Positions 18,453 through 26,954 of a stretch of 37,387 bases of DNA are shown piece after piece. Under the pieces are notes generated by a model, which worked only from the letters and a program-made list of their open reading frames with translations, was not told the origin of the DNA and did not search any database. Each line of letters starts with the position of its first letter. The stretch's first letter is position 1. Position numbers and translations under genes: made by a program. This DNA is from an uncultured Clostridium sp. (lineage in GTDB: Bacteria; Bacillota; Clostridia; TANB77; CAG-508), in NCBI GenBank assembly GCA_948468685.1, contig CAOKJC010000001.1, positions 1-37,387 of the forward strand. The letters are read 5' to 3'.

Positions 18453-19301
18453 CTAATCTATAAAATCAACTCTAACTTCTCCTACACCAGCTTCAACTTT
18501 AATGTCAGAATTACCATCACCAATAATTTGATTATCACTTGCCTTCTTTCCATCAACTAATAAACTTCCTAAACCAGTACCTGTTTTTACCTTATAATTA
18601 TCTCTATTGCCTTCTAGATTAATAATTAATTGTCCAACACCAGCTTCTATTTTAGCCTCTTCTGATATTTTAGAATTTATAGTAAATTTTCCTATTCCAG
18701 CATCTAATTTAAGAACATCTAAAGTGGATTTATTTATATTAGTTTCTCCTGCTCCGCCACTAATTTTAACTTCTTCTGCTACAATATTATTAACTACAAA
18801 TTTTCCTACTCCTATCTCAATATCAACTTTATCAGCAATTAATTCTTCAATATAAGTTTCACTAACACCTGTATTTATTTCTATCTCTTCTAACTTAATA
18901 TTATCAGGAATATAAACAACTATTTCAGGAATAACATCATCAGAAAAATTAAACAAATTAACATTTGTTCTTTTATCTTTAATTTTTAAAGTATTTCCAT
19001 TCATTTCACAATAGAATTTATTAGTTGGATTAATAACCTCTACTTTAAATTCATCACCATTTTTAATATTCAATTTACTAACATCTAATTCTATGTCTAA
19101 ATTATTAACATTTTCATAAACTTCTTCAAAATCGACTATTCCTTGAGTTTCTTGTTCTTTATATGAATTATATTTATTCAATCCAATCGAAACTCCAAAT
19201 ATTGCACTTATACTGAATATTATAGCACTCAAAATAACAAATACTAAATAAAAACCAAATGCAATAGCACCATATTTTATTACTTTTTGTAAAGATGTCA
19301 T
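18453..19301 (-). CDS. DUF4097-like beta-strand-repeat protein (LiaG-like), N-terminally membrane anchored
   Basis: N-terminal TM helix, then repeated (I/V)E(I/A)GVG.. strands: IEIGVGKFVVNN, ISGGAGETNIN, LDAGIGKFTIN, IEAGVGQLIINL, VEAGVGEVRVDF. ATGA start/stop overlap with the upstream gene. Confidence 0.65.
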   Translation of the reverse strand: MTSLQKVIKYGAIAFGFYLVFVILSAIIFSISAIFGVSIGLNKYNSYKEQETQGIVDFEEVYENVNNLDIELDVSKLNIKNGDEFKVEVINPTNKFYCEMNGNTLKIKDKRTNVNLFNFSDDVIPEIVVYIPDNIKLEEIEINTGVSETYIEELIADKVDIEIGVGKFVVNNIVAEEVKISGGAGETNINKSTLDVLKLDAGIGKFTINSKISEEAKIEAGVGQLIINLEGNRDNYKVKTGTGLGSLLVDGKKASDNQIIGDGNSDIKVEAGVGEVRVDFID

Positions 19302-19981
19302 TTTACATCAACACCTCCAAATAGACAAAATGCATTTATGTAAATTGTAGGTAAACTTTCATTTATATTATTTTTTACTTTATTAGATACTCCTCCAAAT
19401 ATTGGTGTAGATTTAATTTTTACATTCACACCACTAGGAACTCTTATATCTATACCTCCAAAAATAGCACTTGCATTAATAATTTGGTCATGATTTACAG
19501 CAGCCTGTGTTAAGTCAATATCTACTCCTCCAAATATTGCGTCTATATTAGCGCCTTTAAATTCTTGACCATTAAAGTCACTTTTTATTCCTGAAAAAGT
19601 TGCACAGAAATCTTCTCCATCAACTCTTTCTGAATTCAATTTTCTTATTTTTTCATTTACTTTTGTTCTAAATGTGTCCTTAAAAATAAAGCTTAATCCT
19701 ATCATTACTAATATAAATGGGAAAATTAGTTTTCCTATAATATCAAATGATAAAATGTCTCTTGTACATAAGAATAACACTATTCCTATTACTAACCATA
19801 TAATATCCCATGTTCTATTATCATCTTTAAATAATCCAATAAAACTTGGTACTATTATAAATAGTGTCCACCATCCTTCAAAAAATATATTGATATTAGT
19901 AATTCCCATTGCATTACATCCTATAATAAATCCAACGATGATAAATACCAATCCCCATAAAATGTTTCCAAATTTTTTCAT
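19298..19981 (-). CDS. LiaF-like cell-wall-stress response membrane protein (LiaF-TM plus DUF2154-like C-terminus)
   Basis: Start reassigned to ATG 19981 (AAGGAGAAAATTT-ATG; the track start at 20008 lacks an SD). 4 TM helices (LWGLVFIIVGFIIGC, WWTLFIIVPSFIGLF ...) and a C-terminal fourfold IFGG(V/I)D repeat. Confidence 0.65.
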   Translation of the reverse strand: MKKFGNILWGLVFIIVGFIIGCNAMGITNINIFFEGWWTLFIIVPSFIGLFKDDNRTWDIIWLVIGIVLFLCTRDILSFDIIGKLIFPFILVMIGLSFIFKDTFRTKVNEKIRKLNSERVDGEDFCATFSGIKSDFNGQEFKGANIDAIFGGVDIDLTQAAVNHDQIINASAIFGGIDIRVPSGVNVKIKSTPIFGGVSNKVKNNINESLPTIYINAFCLFGGVDVK

Positions 19982-20106
19982 AAATTTTCTCCTTTTTCTT
20001 TTATACAATTATATTATATTATATTTAACTAAATTTTACAATAGTATTAGAAATTGTTGTTATATTTTAGTTACATAAATACTTAATAAATTTTCATCAT
20101 ATTAAA

Positions 20107-20134
20107 ATGAGAGACTCTATATAGATTCTCTCAT
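20107..20134 (-). terminator. Hairpin terminator after the small membrane protein gene
   Basis: ATGAGAGA (20107-20114) / TCTCTCAT (20127-20134), followed by TTTT on the minus strand. Confidence 0.45.
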
Positions 20135-20168
20135 TTCATACTAACTATTATTTTTGCAATTCTATAAA

Positions 20169-20366
20169 TTAGTTATCCTTCCTCTCTTTTTCTTTACTTC
20201 TAACATATTCTATAAAGTAAAGCTTCCATGCCATTGAAAGTCCACATATTACAACTAAAGTTGTAATACCTGCACATAAGTAAGTTTCTTTTAATAAACT
20301 ATATGTACCAATAGCTAAAATTACTGTTATTACTAATACTATCAAAATCACTCTAGTTCTTTTCAT
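20169..20366 (-). CDS. Small hypothetical membrane protein (65 aa, 2 TM)
   Basis: Strong SD AGGAGGTAGAAGTT-ATG, two hydrophobic helices, basic C-terminus. Confidence 0.5.
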   Translation of the reverse strand: MKRTRVILIVLVITVILAIGTYSLLKETYLCAGITTLVVICGLSMAWKLYFIEYVRSKEKERKDN

Positions 20367-20652
20367 AACTTCTACCTCCTGAAAATATTTTTTTACTTAG
20401 CTGTCATAGTTCTCTTTCTTAAAATTTTCTTATTAATAGTTACTATATCTTAGTAGTAAACAGGATTCATTAAAATTTACTATTAATAGTATAGCATAAT
20501 TTCTATTGATTGTAAATCTAATTTTTCAATTGTTACTAAATTTTATATAACGCATTGGTGCCATCAACATAATGTAATATTGTATTAAAGAAACTGCAAA
20601 ATTTCTGTTTAATCTTCTTTTTTAAGCATTCTTACTTTCTATTAAAAACTAC

Positions 20653-20677
20653 CCCAGATAAATTTATATTATCTGGG
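20653..20677 (-). terminator. Terminator downstream of ftsH
   Basis: CCCAGATA (20653-20660) / TATCTGGG (20670-20677) stem. Minus strand continues GTAGTTTTT. Confidence 0.5.
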
Positions 20678-20734
20678 TATTTTTATTGTCTAAAGAAAAT
20701 TGAGACAGTTTAGCACTGTCCCAAATGTCTCATT

Positions 20735-22543
20735 TTATTCTGAAAAAATTCTCTCAAATTCATCAGCTTCAATTTTCTCTTTCTCAAGTAAAATTCCAGC
20801 AACAGCATGTAATTTTTCAACATGGTCAGAAAGAATTTGTTTAGCTCTATTGTAACCTTTATCAACAATAGCTTTTGTTTCCTCATCTATAATAGCTGCA
20901 GTCTCTTCTGAATATTCCTTAGATTGTGCAAAATCTCTACCTAAGAATACTTCTTCTTGATTTTGACCTAACATTAAAGTACCAATTTTTTCACTCATGC
21001 CATATTTAGTAACCATACTTCTAGCAATTTTTGTAGCTCTTTCTATATCATTACTTGCACCTGTTGAAATATCATTTAATATTAAAGCTTCTGCAACTCT
21101 ACCACCTAATAGTGATACTATATTTTCTTCCATTTCTGTTTTAGACATAAAAGATTTATCTTCAGTTGGTCTATACATTGTATAACCACCTGCCATACCT
21201 CTTGGTACAATTGATATTTGGTGAACAGGATCTTGCGTATCTAAGTAATGACTTACAACAGCATGACCTGCTTCATGATATGCTACTAATCTATTTTCTT
21301 TTTCACTTCTAACTCTTGTTTTCTTTTCAGGTCCCATAGTTACTTTAACCATGGCATCTTCAATTTCTTTCATTCCAATTTCATTTAAGTTTCTTCTTGC
21401 AGCTAAAAGTGCTGCTTCATTTAATACATTCTCTAAATCTGCACCTGCAAATCCTGATGTATTTTTAGCAATAACTTTTAAATCAACATCTTCTGCTAAT
21501 CTTTTCTTTTTAGAATGAACTTCTAGTATTTGCTCTCTAGCTTTAACATCTGGAGCTCCAACAACTATTTGTCTATCAAATCTACCTGCTCTTAATAAAG
21601 CTTTATCTAATACATCTGGTCTATTAGTTGCAGCAAGCACAATAACACCTTCATTATCAGAAAAACCATCCATTTCAACTAATAATTGGTTTAAAGTTTG
21701 TTCTCTTTCATCATGTCCTCCACCAAGTCCTGCACCTCTTTGACGACCAACAGCATCTATTTCATCTATAAATATAATACATGGGGCATTCTTTTTAGCT
21801 TGCTCAAATAAGTCTCTAACTCTTGAAGCACCAACACCAACAAACATTTCAACAAAGTCTGAACCACTTATAATAAAGAATGGAACTCCTGCTTCTCCTG
21901 CAACAGCTTTTGCTAATAATGTTTTACCTGTTCCTGGCTGACCTACCAATAAAACTCCTTTAGGAATTCTTGCTCCCATATCTGTAAATTTCTTTGGATT
22001 TTTCAAAAATTCTACTATTTCTTGTAATTCTTCTTTTTCTTCATCAACACCTGCAACATCCTCAAAAGTAATTTTATTTCTATCAGCTGGCGTCATCATT
22101 CTAGCTTTACTTTTTCCAAATGACATTGATTTTGTACCATTTTGACTATTTCCTACTCCACCCATCATGAAGAACCAGAAAATAAAGAAAATTATTAAAA
22201 TTCCAAATGGTGTTAATAGTCCTATTATTATAGATAATGCAGATTCTGAATTTTCTTCTAATGTAAATGCACCATTTTTAATAAAATCTTCTGAATAGTT
22301 CATAAAATTTTCCATATTTGGAATATTTACTTGTTTCTTTACTTTATCATCAGATAATTGTACTGTTGCAGATACCCCATCAGAATCTATAACTATTGAT
22401 TCTACTTTTCCCTCATTTATTTTCGTAATTAATTCTGAATACTTTAATTTAGTATTAGTATTTGTCATTATAGAAGATAATAACACTATAAATATCACTC
22501 CTATAATTAGCCACATAGCTAATGTTTTAATTCCGTTTTTCAA
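20735..22543 (-). CDS. ftsH: ATP-dependent zinc metalloprotease FtsH
   Basis: Walker A GQPGTGKT, second region of homology [21 protein letters not shown], zinc motif HEAGHAV. TTG start with SD AAAGGAGGAATTATT. Confidence 0.95.
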   Translation of the reverse strand: MKNGIKTLAMWLIIGVIFIVLLSSIMTNTNTKLKYSELITKINEGKVESIVIDSDGVSATVQLSDDKVKKQVNIPNMENFMNYSEDFIKNGAFTLEENSESALSIIIGLLTPFGILIIFFIFWFFMMGGVGNSQNGTKSMSFGKSKARMMTPADRNKITFEDVAGVDEEKEELQEIVEFLKNPKKFTDMGARIPKGVLLVGQPGTGKTLLAKAVAGEAGVPFFIISGSDFVEMFVGVGASRVRDLFEQAKKNAPCIIFIDEIDAVGRQRGAGLGGGHDEREQTLNQLLVEMDGFSDNEGVIVLAATNRPDVLDKALLRAGRFDRQIVVGAPDVKAREQILEVHSKKKRLAEDVDLKVIAKNTSGFAGADLENVLNEAALLAARRNLNEIGMKEIEDAMVKVTMGPEKKTRVRSEKENRLVAYHEAGHAVVSHYLDTQDPVHQISIVPRGMAGGYTMYRPTEDKSFMSKTEMEENIVSLLGGRVAEALILNDISTGASNDIERATKIARSMVTKYGMSEKIGTLMLGQNQEEVFLGRDFAQSKEYSEETAAIIDEETKAIVDKGYNRAKQILSDHVEKLHAVAGILLEKEKIEADEFERIFSE

Positions 22544-22550
22544 AATAATT

Positions 22551-22620
22551 CCTCCTTTTGAAAAGCTTCGCTTTTCTCATTGTCATACAAAATTTTCTTT
22601 AAAAATTTTGTATGGCAAAT
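22551..22620 (-). promoter_or_regulatory. Two-hairpin leader element, copy 2 (ftsH 5' UTR, directly upstream of the SD)
   Basis: mRNA sense: AUUUGC-[CAUACAAAAUUUU UAAAG AAAAUUUUGUAUG]-ACAAUGA-[GAAAAGC GAA GCUUUUC]-AAAAGGAGG. HP1 22584-22614 (13-bp perfect stem), HP2 22560-22576, SD 22551-22555. Confidence 0.5.
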
Positions 22621-22738
22621 CTTGCGCTTTGCTTTACTTCTCTTATCGTCATTCGTTATAGTTAAGTAAAAACTTGTTTAATCTAATTAAAATCATATCT
22701 TACTTAACTATAGCTATCATTCAACATATTCTTTAAGC

Positions 22739-22767
22739 TTTATAACATAGATATTTTTTTTTTGCAA
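22739..22767 (-). promoter_or_regulatory. Candidate ftsH promoter
   Basis: TTGCAA (22767-22762), 17 nt spacer, TATAAA (22744-22739). Implies a 5' UTR of about 190 nt. Confidence 0.4.
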
Positions 22768-22827
22768 TATTTTTTTTATTACTTTTTGATTACAAAAAAT
22801 GCTTGATTTCAGAAGTATTACGGATAC

Positions 22828-23823
22828 TTAAGTTTGGTTTATAAAATAAATTTTAGAATTTTTTACTAAAATTTTTATATTCTTATTGGGAGTCAAATAT
22901 TTATTACCAATGTTATTTTCACATAGCTTTATTACATCTTCTATATGTATTTTTTCAATACCTTTTGTTGTTCCCAAAAGCCTTGATATAGTATATAACA
23001 ATATTCTTGATTTTATAACTTTTTCTTGTTTATTAAATTCTTTTAAATTCATAACAAATTCTCTTAAATTTTCTTCTAAAATCAACTCATTATACTTGTC
23101 TCTAACAACTTTATCTAAATATTCATCCTCTTCCTTAATTAATTGCGATAATCTATCCATTGTCTGAACTATATTAGGATTAAATTCCTCTTTAATATAA
23201 GGAATTACTACATTTCTTACTTTATTTCTAGTATAAATATTTTCAAAATTAGTCCTATCAATTCTTGCATCAATCTGCTTGTCTTTGCAATACTGTTCAA
23301 TCTCAAATCTTTCACATTCAATAAGAGGTCTTATATATTTTCCATTTTTTATAGGCTCAATTCCCTTCAAACCCGCTATTCCGCTACCTCTTAAAACATT
23401 CATAATCATAGTTTCCACTTTATCATTTTTATTATGAGCGATAGCAACTTTATTTGAATCTGTCTTTTTCAAAACTTCGTCAAAAAATTCATATCTAGCA
23501 TTTCTACCAGCTTCTTCAGTTCCTATTTTATTATTATTAGCAATTTTTTGAATATCTATACTCTTTGAATAAAACTGAACACCAATTTTTTCACAAAAAT
23601 CTTTTACAAAAATTTCATCATCTTTTGCTTCATCTCTAATCAAATGATTAACATGTGCCACTATTATATCAAACTCCATATGTAATTTTTTGTCATTTCT
23701 TATGTCATTCAAAATATTTAACATACAAATAGAATCAGGTCCACCTGAAACACCCAAAACAATTCTATCACCATTTTCTATTAAATTATATTTTTTTATT
23801 GTATTTAAAACTTTCTCTAACAT
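22828..23823 (-). CDS. tilS: tRNA(Ile)-lysidine synthetase, short form
   Basis: PP-loop VLGVSGGPDSICML and the N-type ATP-pyrophosphatase domain. SD AAAGGAGGAAAG-ATG. Confidence 0.85.
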   Translation of the reverse strand: MLEKVLNTIKKYNLIENGDRIVLGVSGGPDSICMLNILNDIRNDKKLHMEFDIIVAHVNHLIRDEAKDDEIFVKDFCEKIGVQFYSKSIDIQKIANNNKIGTEEAGRNARYEFFDEVLKKTDSNKVAIAHNKNDKVETMIMNVLRGSGIAGLKGIEPIKNGKYIRPLIECERFEIEQYCKDKQIDARIDRTNFENIYTRNKVRNVVIPYIKEEFNPNIVQTMDRLSQLIKEEDEYLDKVVRDKYNELILEENLREFVMNLKEFNKQEKVIKSRILLYTISRLLGTTKGIEKIHIEDVIKLCENNIGNKYLTPNKNIKILVKNSKIYFINQT

Positions 23824-23834
23824 CTTTCCTCCTT

Positions 23835-23865
23835 TGTGTCAAAAGGGACGCCCTTTTTTGACACA
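23835..23865 (+). repeat. REP-like palindromic hairpin, subfamily TGTGTC (copy A1)
   Basis: TGTGTCAAAAGGGACGCCCTTTTTTGACACA. On the minus strand it ends at GACACAAAGGAGG, so it abuts the tilS SD. Confidence 0.85.
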
Positions 23866-23870
23866 TTTTT

Positions 23871-23900
23871 ATACCAAAAGGGACACCCCTTTATTTCCAC
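23871..23900 (+). repeat. Degenerate REP-like hairpin (A2)
   Basis: ATACCAAAAGGGACACCCCTTTATTTCCAC. Same CCAAAAGGGAC core with a decayed right arm. Confidence 0.45.
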
Positions 23901-23923
23901 AAAAATTTTTATATTATCATTTT

Positions 23924-24634
23924 TTATTCACTTTGAACTCGCCTAACTTTTTCTCTAGATATTTTTAAATACATTGCAATTTTTCTTAAGGATACATCAT
24001 ATTTATCTTCTAATATCGTAATCAATTCTTTAATATTTTTTCTATTATCCTTTAGTTCTTCCAATCGCAAATTATTATCAATTAAATACTTTTCTATCAA
24101 TTCTTTAATTTCTTTTTCTGTCTGTTCTTCATCTTCTAAAAATTTAATGTTATCATCTTTTTCACTACATACATTGTTAATATCTCTCAAATCAAATTCA
24201 AAATTATTATAACTGGAATATTTATATTCATATGGATATCTACAAATTCTTGCCTTAACTGGATTATTATGTATATAATTGATACACACATATAATTGTT
24301 TTTCAGAATAAATTCCTTGACTCTTATATCTATCTCTATACACATATCCAACTCTATTATACTTTTTGTTATAATACATAGCATATAAAGTATTAACTTT
24401 ATGCATAAAGTCACTTAGTTCTTTGACTTCTTTAATCTCTACTAATAAATGAACATGATTATCCATTACACAATGTGCAACAACTTTCACATCACATTGA
24501 TTTTCTATCTTTTTCATAATTTTCAAATATTCTTCTTTATCATTGTCATTATCATAGATATATTCTTTATTCAATCCTTGAACCATAAGATGAAAAAAAG
24601 AAGATTTTATATAACTTCTTGACATTCTAGCCAT
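23924..24634 (-). CDS. REP-associated tyrosine transposase-like protein (IS200/IS605 Y1 HUH family, COG1943-type) with a C-terminal HTH-like tail
   Basis: HUH motif DNHVHLLV, GYVYRDRYKS, catalytic-Tyr motif YVCINYIHNNPVKARI. C-terminal VSLRKIAMYLKISREKVRRV resembles an HTH. Confidence 0.8.
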   Translation of the reverse strand: MARMSRSYIKSSFFHLMVQGLNKEYIYDNDNDKEEYLKIMKKIENQCDVKVVAHCVMDNHVHLLVEIKEVKELSDFMHKVNTLYAMYYNKKYNRVGYVYRDRYKSQGIYSEKQLYVCINYIHNNPVKARICRYPYEYKYSSYNNFEFDLRDINNVCSEKDDNIKFLEDEEQTEKEIKELIEKYLIDNNLRLEELKDNRKNIKELITILEDKYDVSLRKIAMYLKISREKVRRVQSE

Positions 24635-24680
24635 ATTCCCAACCTTTCCGTCCCAAATTATATTTTTCTTCCCCTTTTAC

Positions 24681-24709
24681 ATAATATACCTTTATTTAAA
24701 ACTTGTCAA
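24681..24709 (-). promoter_or_regulatory. Near-consensus promoter of the RAYT gene
   Basis: TTGACA (24709-24704), 17 nt spacer, TATTAT (24686-24681), inside the hairpin-bounded unit. Confidence 0.5.
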
Positions 24710-24745
24710 TAAATTTGCTACAATATACTAAAATTTAGCATTTAT

Positions 24746-24771
24746 GACTCAAAAGGTTGTCCCTTTTGGTC
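24746..24771 (-). repeat. Degenerate REP-like hairpin (B1)
   Basis: GACTCAAAAGGTTGTCCCTTTTGGTC. Its reverse complement resembles A2. Confidence 0.45.
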
Positions 24772-24777
24772 TATTTT

Positions 24778-24808
24778 TGTGTCAAAAAAGGGCGTCCCTT
24801 TTGACACA
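24778..24808 (-). repeat. REP-like palindromic hairpin, subfamily TGTGTC (copy B2), exact reverse complement of A1
   Basis: TGTGTCAAAAAAGGGCGTCCCTTTTGACACA. Starts 0 nt after the dnaB stop codon (TAA = 24811-24809). Confidence 0.85.
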
Positions 24809-26146
24809 TTAATCATCAAATCTTTTTTCCAAATTAACAAATTTAGTATAACTTCCTAGCCATCCTAAATCTACTGTTCCTGTTGAACCACCTCTATGTT
24901 TTGCAATTATTACTTCTGCTATATTTTTTCTTTCACTGTCTTCATTATAATAATCATCTCTATATAAAAACATAACAATATCAGCATCTTGCTCTATTGA
25001 ACCAGATTCACGCAAGTCTGATAGCATTGGTCTATGGTCTGGTCTTTGCTCAACAGCTCTTGATAATTGTGAAAGTGCTATAACTGGAACATCTAATTCT
25101 TTTGCTAAAATCTTTAATGATCTACTTATTTCTGCTATTTCTTGCTCTCTACTTCCACCTCTAGTTCTATTACTTCCTTGAATTAATTGCAAATAATCTA
25201 TAACAACTAGTCCTATATTTTTTTCTAATTTTAATTTTCTACATTTTGCCCTTATTTCCATAACAGATATACCTGGTGTATCATCTACATATATACCCGT
25301 TTCTGAAAGTGGCCCTATTGCTTCTGCAAGTTTTGCCCAGTCTTCGTCTTCTAATTTTCCTGTTCTGACCTTATTACTATCTACCATCGCTTCACTACAC
25401 AAAATTCTATTAACCATTTGTTCTTTTGACATTTCTAAACTGAAAATTGCTACTGGTGCATTTCCTCTTAGTGCCGAATTTGTAGCTATGTTTAATGCAA
25501 ATGCTGATTTTCCCATAGCTGGTCTTGCTGCTATTAATATAAATTCAGAACCATGTAATCCTGCTGTTCTATAATCTAAGTCTGTAAATCCTGTTGGAAC
25601 ACCTGTTATATGTTGCTTTCTATTATATAACTCTTCAAGTTGTGTAAAACTGTCTACTAATATATCTTTTATTGGTGTATATCCTTTTTGGTCTTTATTT
25701 TGCATTAAGTTAAATATTTTCTTTTCTGCACCTTCCATAATATTTTCAACTTCTTCTGTTGTATCATATCCTAATTCTATTATTTCATTTGCAGTTTTTA
25801 TTAAATTTCTTAACACAGATTTTTCTTCTACTATTTTTATATATTTTGCAATATTTGCAGTAGTTGGAACTTTTTCTGGTAATTCTGCTAGATATTCAAA
25901 TCCACCAACTTGTTCAAATTTTCCCATCAACTCTAATTCTGCTTTTACTGTAATTAAATCTATTGGCTCTGCTCTATTATATAAATTTAACATTGCTGAA
26001 TATATTAATCTATTATCTTCTCTATAAAAATCTTCTTCTTTTAAAACTTCTATACTACTTGATACAGCCTCTTTGTCTGTAAGCATACTTCCTATTACTG
26101 CTTGTTCCGCTTCTATATCATGTGGTGGTACTTTTCCAATATCCAT
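24809..26146 (-). CDS. dnaB: Replicative DNA helicase (DnaB family; DnaC in Bacillus nomenclature)
   Basis: PHDIEAEQAVIGSML N-terminus, Walker A ARPAMGKSAFALN, ...VIDYLQL..., SQLSRAVEQR. Confidence 0.95.
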   Translation of the reverse strand: MDIGKVPPHDIEAEQAVIGSMLTDKEAVSSSIEVLKEEDFYREDNRLIYSAMLNLYNRAEPIDLITVKAELELMGKFEQVGGFEYLAELPEKVPTTANIAKYIKIVEEKSVLRNLIKTANEIIELGYDTTEEVENIMEGAEKKIFNLMQNKDQKGYTPIKDILVDSFTQLEELYNRKQHITGVPTGFTDLDYRTAGLHGSEFILIAARPAMGKSAFALNIATNSALRGNAPVAIFSLEMSKEQMVNRILCSEAMVDSNKVRTGKLEDEDWAKLAEAIGPLSETGIYVDDTPGISVMEIRAKCRKLKLEKNIGLVVIDYLQLIQGSNRTRGGSREQEIAEISRSLKILAKELDVPVIALSQLSRAVEQRPDHRPMLSDLRESGSIEQDADIVMFLYRDDYYNEDSERKNIAEVIIAKHRGGSTGTVDLGWLGSYTKFVNLEKRFDD

Positions 26147-26177
26147 TCTTATTCCCCCATAAAATTAATTTATTATT

Positions 26178-26275
26178 CTATATTTGGTTTATATATTAAT
26201 ATTCGAAAGCAAATACCTAATGGTAGACCCCAAATATGTTTTTGCTAAGAATATTAATATATAAACTAGATATAG
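26178..26275. repeat. 98-nt imperfect palindrome in the rplI-dnaB spacer
   Basis: Left arm CTATATTTGGTTTATATATTAATATTCGAAAGCAAA (26178-26213). The reverse complement of the right arm (26241-26275) is CTATATCTAGTTTATATATTAATATTCTTAGCAAA. The 27-nt loop contains a TACC-TAAT-GGTA mini-hairpin. Confidence 0.75.
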
Positions 26276-26320
26276 CTTTAATAAATTTTAACAACGAAAA
26301 ATGTCCTTTATTTTTAAAAT

Positions 26321-26767
26321 TTATTCTGAAATAACATCAACTTTAAGCTTACCAGCAACACCTTCAAACAATTTTATATCAACACTAAATGTCCCTAAAG
26401 TCTTTATTGCATCTTTCAAATCAATTTTCTTTTTATCAATTTTTATTTGATATTGTTTTTCTAAATTTTCAGCAATCTCCTTTGATGAAACTCCTCCAAA
26501 TATTTTTCCATTTGCTCCTGATTTAACTTTAATTTTTAACAATATTTTTGACAACTTATCTGCAACTTTTTCTGCTTCTTCTTTCTCTTGAGACTTCTTA
26601 AATGCATTTGAATCTTGTTTTGCTTTCAATTTACTCATATTTTCTGCATTTGCTTCTACTGCCAAATTTTTAGGAAATAAAAAGTTTCTTGCATATCCAT
26701 CTGACGCATTTATTACTTCATCCTTCTTTCCTACTCCTTTTATATCTGCTTTTAATATTACTTTCAT
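26321..26767 (-). CDS. rplI: 50S ribosomal protein L9
   Basis: MKVILKADIKGVGKKDEVINASDGYARNFLFPKNLAVEA is the canonical L9 N-terminus. Start reassigned to ATG 26767; the track uses an upstream GTG at 26776. Confidence 0.9.
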   Translation of the reverse strand: MKVILKADIKGVGKKDEVINASDGYARNFLFPKNLAVEANAENMSKLKAKQDSNAFKKSQEKEEAEKVADKLSKILLKIKVKSGANGKIFGGVSSKEIAENLEKQYQIKIDKKKIDLKDAIKTLGTFSVDIKLFEGVAGKLKVDVISE

Positions 26768-26845
26768 AAAAATCACTATCCTCTCTCTTATATTGTATAT
26801 TTTACATTAAAAACACAAAAATAGCAAGATTTTATTAATAAAACA

Positions 26846-26874
26846 TTGACACATTATGTTAGATAGTATATACT
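26846..26874 (+). promoter_or_regulatory. Near-consensus sigma-A promoter of the LRV-repeat gene
   Basis: TTGACA (26846-26851), 17 nt spacer, TATACT (26869-26874). About 80-nt leader, SD AGGAGGAAAAAT-ATG. Confidence 0.6.
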
Positions 26875-26954
26875 AATTCCATCATTTTTTAATATTCCTT
26901 TAACGTATTAATAGTAACTATATTAAACACAACTAAAAATTTAGGAGGAAAAAT

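Larger units (their letters stand above)
23835..24808 (-). mobile_element. RAYT cassette: IS200-like HUH/Y1 transposase gene bracketed by inverted REP-like hairpin pairs
   Basis: The outer 31-nt hairpins 23835-23865 and 24778-24808 are exact reverse complements. Degenerate inner hairpins at 23871-23900 and 24746-24771. Own promoter inside the unit. Confidence 0.7.

Noticed and set aside
22828-23823. tilS as a truncated gene or pseudogene (331 aa versus about 430-470 aa in E. coli and Bacillus)
   Set aside because: The ORF is intact with a strong SD and a complete PP-loop domain, and short TilS forms lacking the extra C-terminal domain are known. Truncation cannot be concluded from length alone.
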